A stretch of 64,000 nt of DNA from Bacteroidales bacterium (GTDB lineage: Bacteria > Bacteroidota > Bacteroidia > Bacteroidales > P3): assembly GCA_017960605.1 (NCBI GenBank), contig JAGCYV010000034.1, positions 7,192 to 71,191 of the forward strand. The letters run 5' to 3'. The stretch's first letter is position 1, and each line of letters opens with the position of its first letter. The notes under the pieces are model-generated. The model did not search any database. It was not told the origin of the DNA and saw only the letters and a list, made by a program, of their open reading frames with translations. The position numbers were made by a program, and so were the translations under genes. Below, piece after piece: positions 60,992-64,000 of the stretch.

Positions 60992-62704
60992 ATGGATATA
61001 CAGAATATCTTATTGGTAATCTTGAAGTTGGCTGGTGCATTGGCCGTATTCCTCTTCGCCATGAAACTGATGAGCGAAGGCCTTCAGAAGTATGCGGGCT
61101 CGAAACTGCGCCACATCCTGACCAAAGTGACCGGCAAGCCTCTGAGCGGCATCCTAGCCGGTACGGGCGTGACGGCCATCATCCAGAGCTCGACGGCCAC
61201 CACCGTGATGACCGTGGGCTTCGCTGGGGCAGGCCTGCTGACCTTGGCCGGCGCCATCGCTGTGGTGATGGGCGCCAACATCGGCACTACGGTCACCGCA
61301 TGGATTATCACCCTCTTCGGCCTTGGTGGCGGTGGCACTGAGGACAAAGTGCCCCTGATGCCAATGGTCATTGCCGCCATCAGCCTCTTCTTCATTTTCA
61401 GCAAGAAGAACAAGATGCAGTACCTCGGCCAAACCATCGTCGGTTTGGCGCTGCTCATCCTCGGCTTGGGCCTGATGGGCGACTCGGTGCCGCCGCTCGA
61501 CGAGGACGTTGCCCACTCCATCGCCTCCCTCGGCCAATGGGGTTACTGGTCTGTTCTACTGTTTATTGTAATTGGTGCCATCCTCTGCATCATCCTTCAA
61601 ACCTCGTCGGCTATGACGGCAGTCATCCTGCTGATGGCTAGCCAGGGATGGATAGACTTCCCGACCTCGATGGCGTTGGTGATTGGCCAGAACCTCGGCA
61701 CCACGCTGACCGCCCAGGTGGTGGCAATGACCACCGGCACCACCGGCAAGCGCACCGCCCGCGCCCACTTGGTGTTCAACGTGGCCGGTGCCCTCATCTT
61801 CCTCATTCCCTTCTATCCCATTTGCAACGCCGTGATGTTCGTCAGCGAAAGACTCGACCACCTGCTCCCCTCCATACCACTCATCCCATTGGCTATCACC
61901 GTCTTCCATACACTCTTCAACGTGGTCACCACCATCATTCTGGCCTTCTTCATCCCTCAGATTGTGAAGATTGTCACCTGGATGGTGCCTGAGAAGAAAG
62001 AGGAGGGCGAGGAGGAGTTCCGCCTTACCTATCTGGAACCCAACCTGCTCAGCACCGCCGAGCTCAACCTGCAGAGCGCCAAGAGCGAGATTGAGGAATT
62101 CTCGAAACGCGTGCTGCGCATGTACACCTTCCTGCCCGGCCTGCGCACCGCCAAAAAAGACGAGGAGTTCGACGCCATCATGGCTCGTATTGCCAAGTAT
62201 GAAGGCATCACCGACCGGATGGAAATGGAAATCTCGAAGTTCCTCACCCGTGTGGGTTCCGGTGACATCTCGGAGCATGGCTCCGAGCGCATCAGCACCA
62301 TGCTCCGCATCATCGACAACCTTGAGAGCATCGGCGATACGATTTACCAGATAGCCATGACTCGTCAAACCAAGCGTGAGGACGCGGTGCACTTCGATGC
62401 CGGCCTCAACGCCAACCTCGAGGAGATGCGCCAGCTGGTGCAGAAAGCCCTCGACGTGATGGACAGCAACCTGCACGACTACGACCATGTGGATCTCGAT
62501 GCCGCATACGCCGCCGAGCACGCCATCAACGCCTGCCGCGACCGGCTGCGTGCCCAGCACCTCGACGCATTGAAGTTGGGTGTCTATAACTACGCCATCG
62601 GTAACGCCTACAGCAGCCTCTACGCTCTGTACGAGAAGCTTGGCGACTACGTCATCAATGTCTCGGAGGCCATCGACGGCTCACGCAAACACGCCGACGA
62701 CTAA
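60992..62704 (+). CDS. Na/Pi cotransporter family protein with a C-terminal PhoU-like domain
   Basis: 570 aa. The N-terminal half is polytopic with a duplicated QSSTATT / QTSSAMT motif. The C-terminal ~220 aa is soluble and helical (PhoU-like). Confidence 0.8.
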   Translation: MDIQNILLVILKLAGALAVFLFAMKLMSEGLQKYAGSKLRHILTKVTGKPLSGILAGTGVTAIIQSSTATTVMTVGFAGAGLLTLAGAIAVVMGANIGTTVTAWIITLFGLGGGGTEDKVPLMPMVIAAISLFFIFSKKNKMQYLGQTIVGLALLILGLGLMGDSVPPLDEDVAHSIASLGQWGYWSVLLFIVIGAILCIILQTSSAMTAVILLMASQGWIDFPTSMALVIGQNLGTTLTAQVVAMTTGTTGKRTARAHLVFNVAGALIFLIPFYPICNAVMFVSERLDHLLPSIPLIPLAITVFHTLFNVVTTIILAFFIPQIVKIVTWMVPEKKEEGEEEFRLTYLEPNLLSTAELNLQSAKSEIEEFSKRVLRMYTFLPGLRTAKKDEEFDAIMARIAKYEGITDRMEMEISKFLTRVGSGDISEHGSERISTMLRIIDNLESIGDTIYQIAMTRQTKREDAVHFDAGLNANLEEMRQLVQKALDVMDSNLHDYDHVDLDAAYAAEHAINACRDRLRAQHLDALKLGVYNYAIGNAYSSLYALYEKLGDYVINVSEAIDGSRKHADD

Positions 62705-62710
62705 AGAAGC

Positions 62711-63376
62711 TCAACGCCAACGGAGCGTCTCGACGAGGTGCTCAATGTCGGCCTCAATATAATTGATTACAGGCGCGAGCGAATCATTATTAGGAGTTCG
62801 GTTGAGGTAGAGGGCACCGCGCAGGAAGTGGCTGGTGCTGTCGGTGAGCCAGAACTGGCAGGTGGAAGCCACCTTGTTGCCTTTCAGATAATAGACGGTG
62901 CCATAGACCTTGTGCTCACGGTCCTCATAGGACTGTTCCTCGATACCGGAACTGAACTGATAGTGCTGCTCCAGGAAGCGCGACGAGGTATCCACTTGGG
63001 CTCGCATGTCATCGGAACCGGACAAATGCTTGTAAGTAAGAAACACCACCCCGTCCCACTGCGGGTAGTTGAGGTCGAGCCACACTTCGTCGTACTTGAC
63101 GCGATCGGGCTTGATGCTGCCGTCGGCTTTGAATGTGCATACTTGGCGCGGTTTCTTGAGCGTCAGTTCGACGCTGTCGTTGGCCTCGAAGAAAAACGGC
63201 AACGTTATGCCGGGCATGGGCTGCCCTTCGACGCTCATCGGCAGGGTGTCGACGAGCCAGTAGTTATGCTCCGGAAGGTCGATGCGCAGGTAGGCATAGG
63301 GCTTGGGAGTATAGTCGTTACGGCAGGAGGAAAGAGAAAATGCCAAGAACAGGCAGGGTATCAACAACTTCTTCAT
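62711..63376 (-). CDS. GldD-like lipoprotein
   Basis: I prefer the ATG at 63376 (MKKLLIPCLFLAFSLSSC, with a lipobox); the ORF-track start at 63382 is a TTG. The segment after the lipobox, PKPYAYLRIDLPEH, resembles the GldD N-terminus as I remember it. This assignment is tentative. Confidence 0.5.
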   Translation of the reverse strand: MKKLLIPCLFLAFSLSSCRNDYTPKPYAYLRIDLPEHNYWLVDTLPMSVEGQPMPGITLPFFFEANDSVELTLKKPRQVCTFKADGSIKPDRVKYDEVWLDLNYPQWDGVVFLTYKHLSGSDDMRAQVDTSSRFLEQHYQFSSGIEEQSYEDREHKVYGTVYYLKGNKVASTCQFWLTDSTSHFLRGALYLNRTPNNDSLAPVINYIEADIEHLVETLRWR

Positions 63377-63378
63377 CG

Positions 63379-64000
63379 TCAAATAACTTTACCGTTCAAC
63401 ATAGGGACAAAACTATAGGTACCGAAGCGTTCGGTCTGCCACTCGCTCCGATCCTCGCCGTGCTTGGTGATGCGGAGCATCTCCTGCTCGCCGTCGCCCA
63501 AGGGAATGACCATGATGCCGCCCACTTTGAGCTGACGCATCAGTGCTTCAGGCACTTCCGGAGCTCCACAAGTAACGATGATGCGGTGATACTCGCCAGG
63601 CAGCCCCTGGAAGCCGTCGCCATAGAAGCATTGGGCACGATAGCCCAACTCGCGGAGCAGCTGCGAGGTCTTGTTGTAAAGGTCTTTCTGCCGCTCGATG
63701 GTGAACACCGTGGCCCCCAAGGTGCTGAGCACCGCAGTCTGATAGCCGCTACCGGTGCCGATTTCCAACACCTTCATGCGAGGATGCACGTCGAGCAACT
63801 GGGTCTGCATGGCCACCGTCGAAGGGTGCGAGATGGTCTGCTCACAGTCAATCATCAGTGCCACATCGTCATAGGCCCTGCTTTCGAGAGCGGTGCCGAT
63901 GAAGAGATGGCGGGGTACCGTGTTCATGGCCTCGAGCACCGTCTTGTCTGTGATGCCCTTCTTCTGCAGCGCAGCGACCATCTGCCGGCGCAACCCTTGG
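63379..64000 (-). CDS. pcm: protein-L-isoaspartate O-methyltransferase (N-terminus probably continues beyond the right edge)
   Basis: SAM motif VLEIGTGSGYQTAVL. The frame stays open to the window end (..GLRRQMVAAL), so the ATG at 63993 may be internal. Confidence 0.85.
   Translation of the reverse strand, partial: QGLRRQMVAALQKKGITDKTVLEAMNTVPRHLFIGTALESRAYDDVALMIDCEQTISHPSTVAMQTQLLDVHPRMKVLEIGTGSGYQTAVLSTLGATVFTIERQKDLYNKTSQLLRELGYRAQCFYGDGFQGLPGEYHRIIVTCGAPEVPEALMRQLKVGGIMVIPLGDGEQEMLRITKHGEDRSEWQTERFGTYSFVPMLNGKVI

Noticed and set aside
61556-62560. 334-aa minus-strand ORF antisense to the Na/Pi cotransporter gene
   Set aside because: This is a shadow ORF. The plus-strand frame encodes a coherent polytopic transporter plus a PhoU-like domain.
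1-64000. Prophage, integrative element, transposon or toxin-antitoxin content
   Set aside because: No integrase, transposase, phage structural, relaxase or TA-like ORFs were recognisable in any frame. The tRNA-Leu genes are not flanked by direct repeats of their 3' ends.

Overview
This looks like a chromosomal core segment from a Bacteroidota genome, probably Bacteroidales-like. Hand counts put most of it at about 53-60% GC. Three things support the assignment: T9SS C-terminal sorting domains, TAnnTTTG-type -7 promoter boxes, and a dcw gene order without murF or ddl. The minus strand from 25930 down to 10748 carries the dcw cell-division and peptidoglycan cluster (mraZ, rsmH, ftsL, ftsI, murE, mraY, a murD-like remnant, ftsW, murG, murC, ftsQ, ftsA, ftsZ). 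The rest is mostly housekeeping: prfA, aroE, two tandem tRNA-Leu genes, rsmE, mnmA, ribH, fmt, HU, gpsA, secG, rpmH, rlmD, apbE, yicC, tadA, class II RNR, a Na/Pi transporter and pcm. Five large predicted T9SS cargo proteins are interspersed. Three have type B C-terminal domains (949-3654; 26386-28890 coupled to 28887-31730). Two have type A C-terminal domains (45035-47170; 49159-52086). I found no integrase, transposase, CRISPR array or recognisable defense system. Five things deserve a second look. (1) The murD slot holds only a 180-aa ORF matching the MurD C-terminal domain. (2) The sigma-54 gene rpoN runs in frame, with no stop codon, into a signal-peptide/TM-like segment and an intact M23 metallopeptidase domain. 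(3) The tandem type B cargo genes have no adjacent PorP/SprF-like gene and share a Cys-containing 'GCDS' module with a type A cargo protein. (4) Short tandem arrays with 7-bp and 11-bp units recur just upstream of predicted promoters, at operon-internal gene junctions and inside some CDSs. (5) A palindromic element built from CACCTCCGTCT-like 11-mers occurs at two loci. All protein calls rest on motif recognition in the supplied translations or my own hand translation. No database search was possible.
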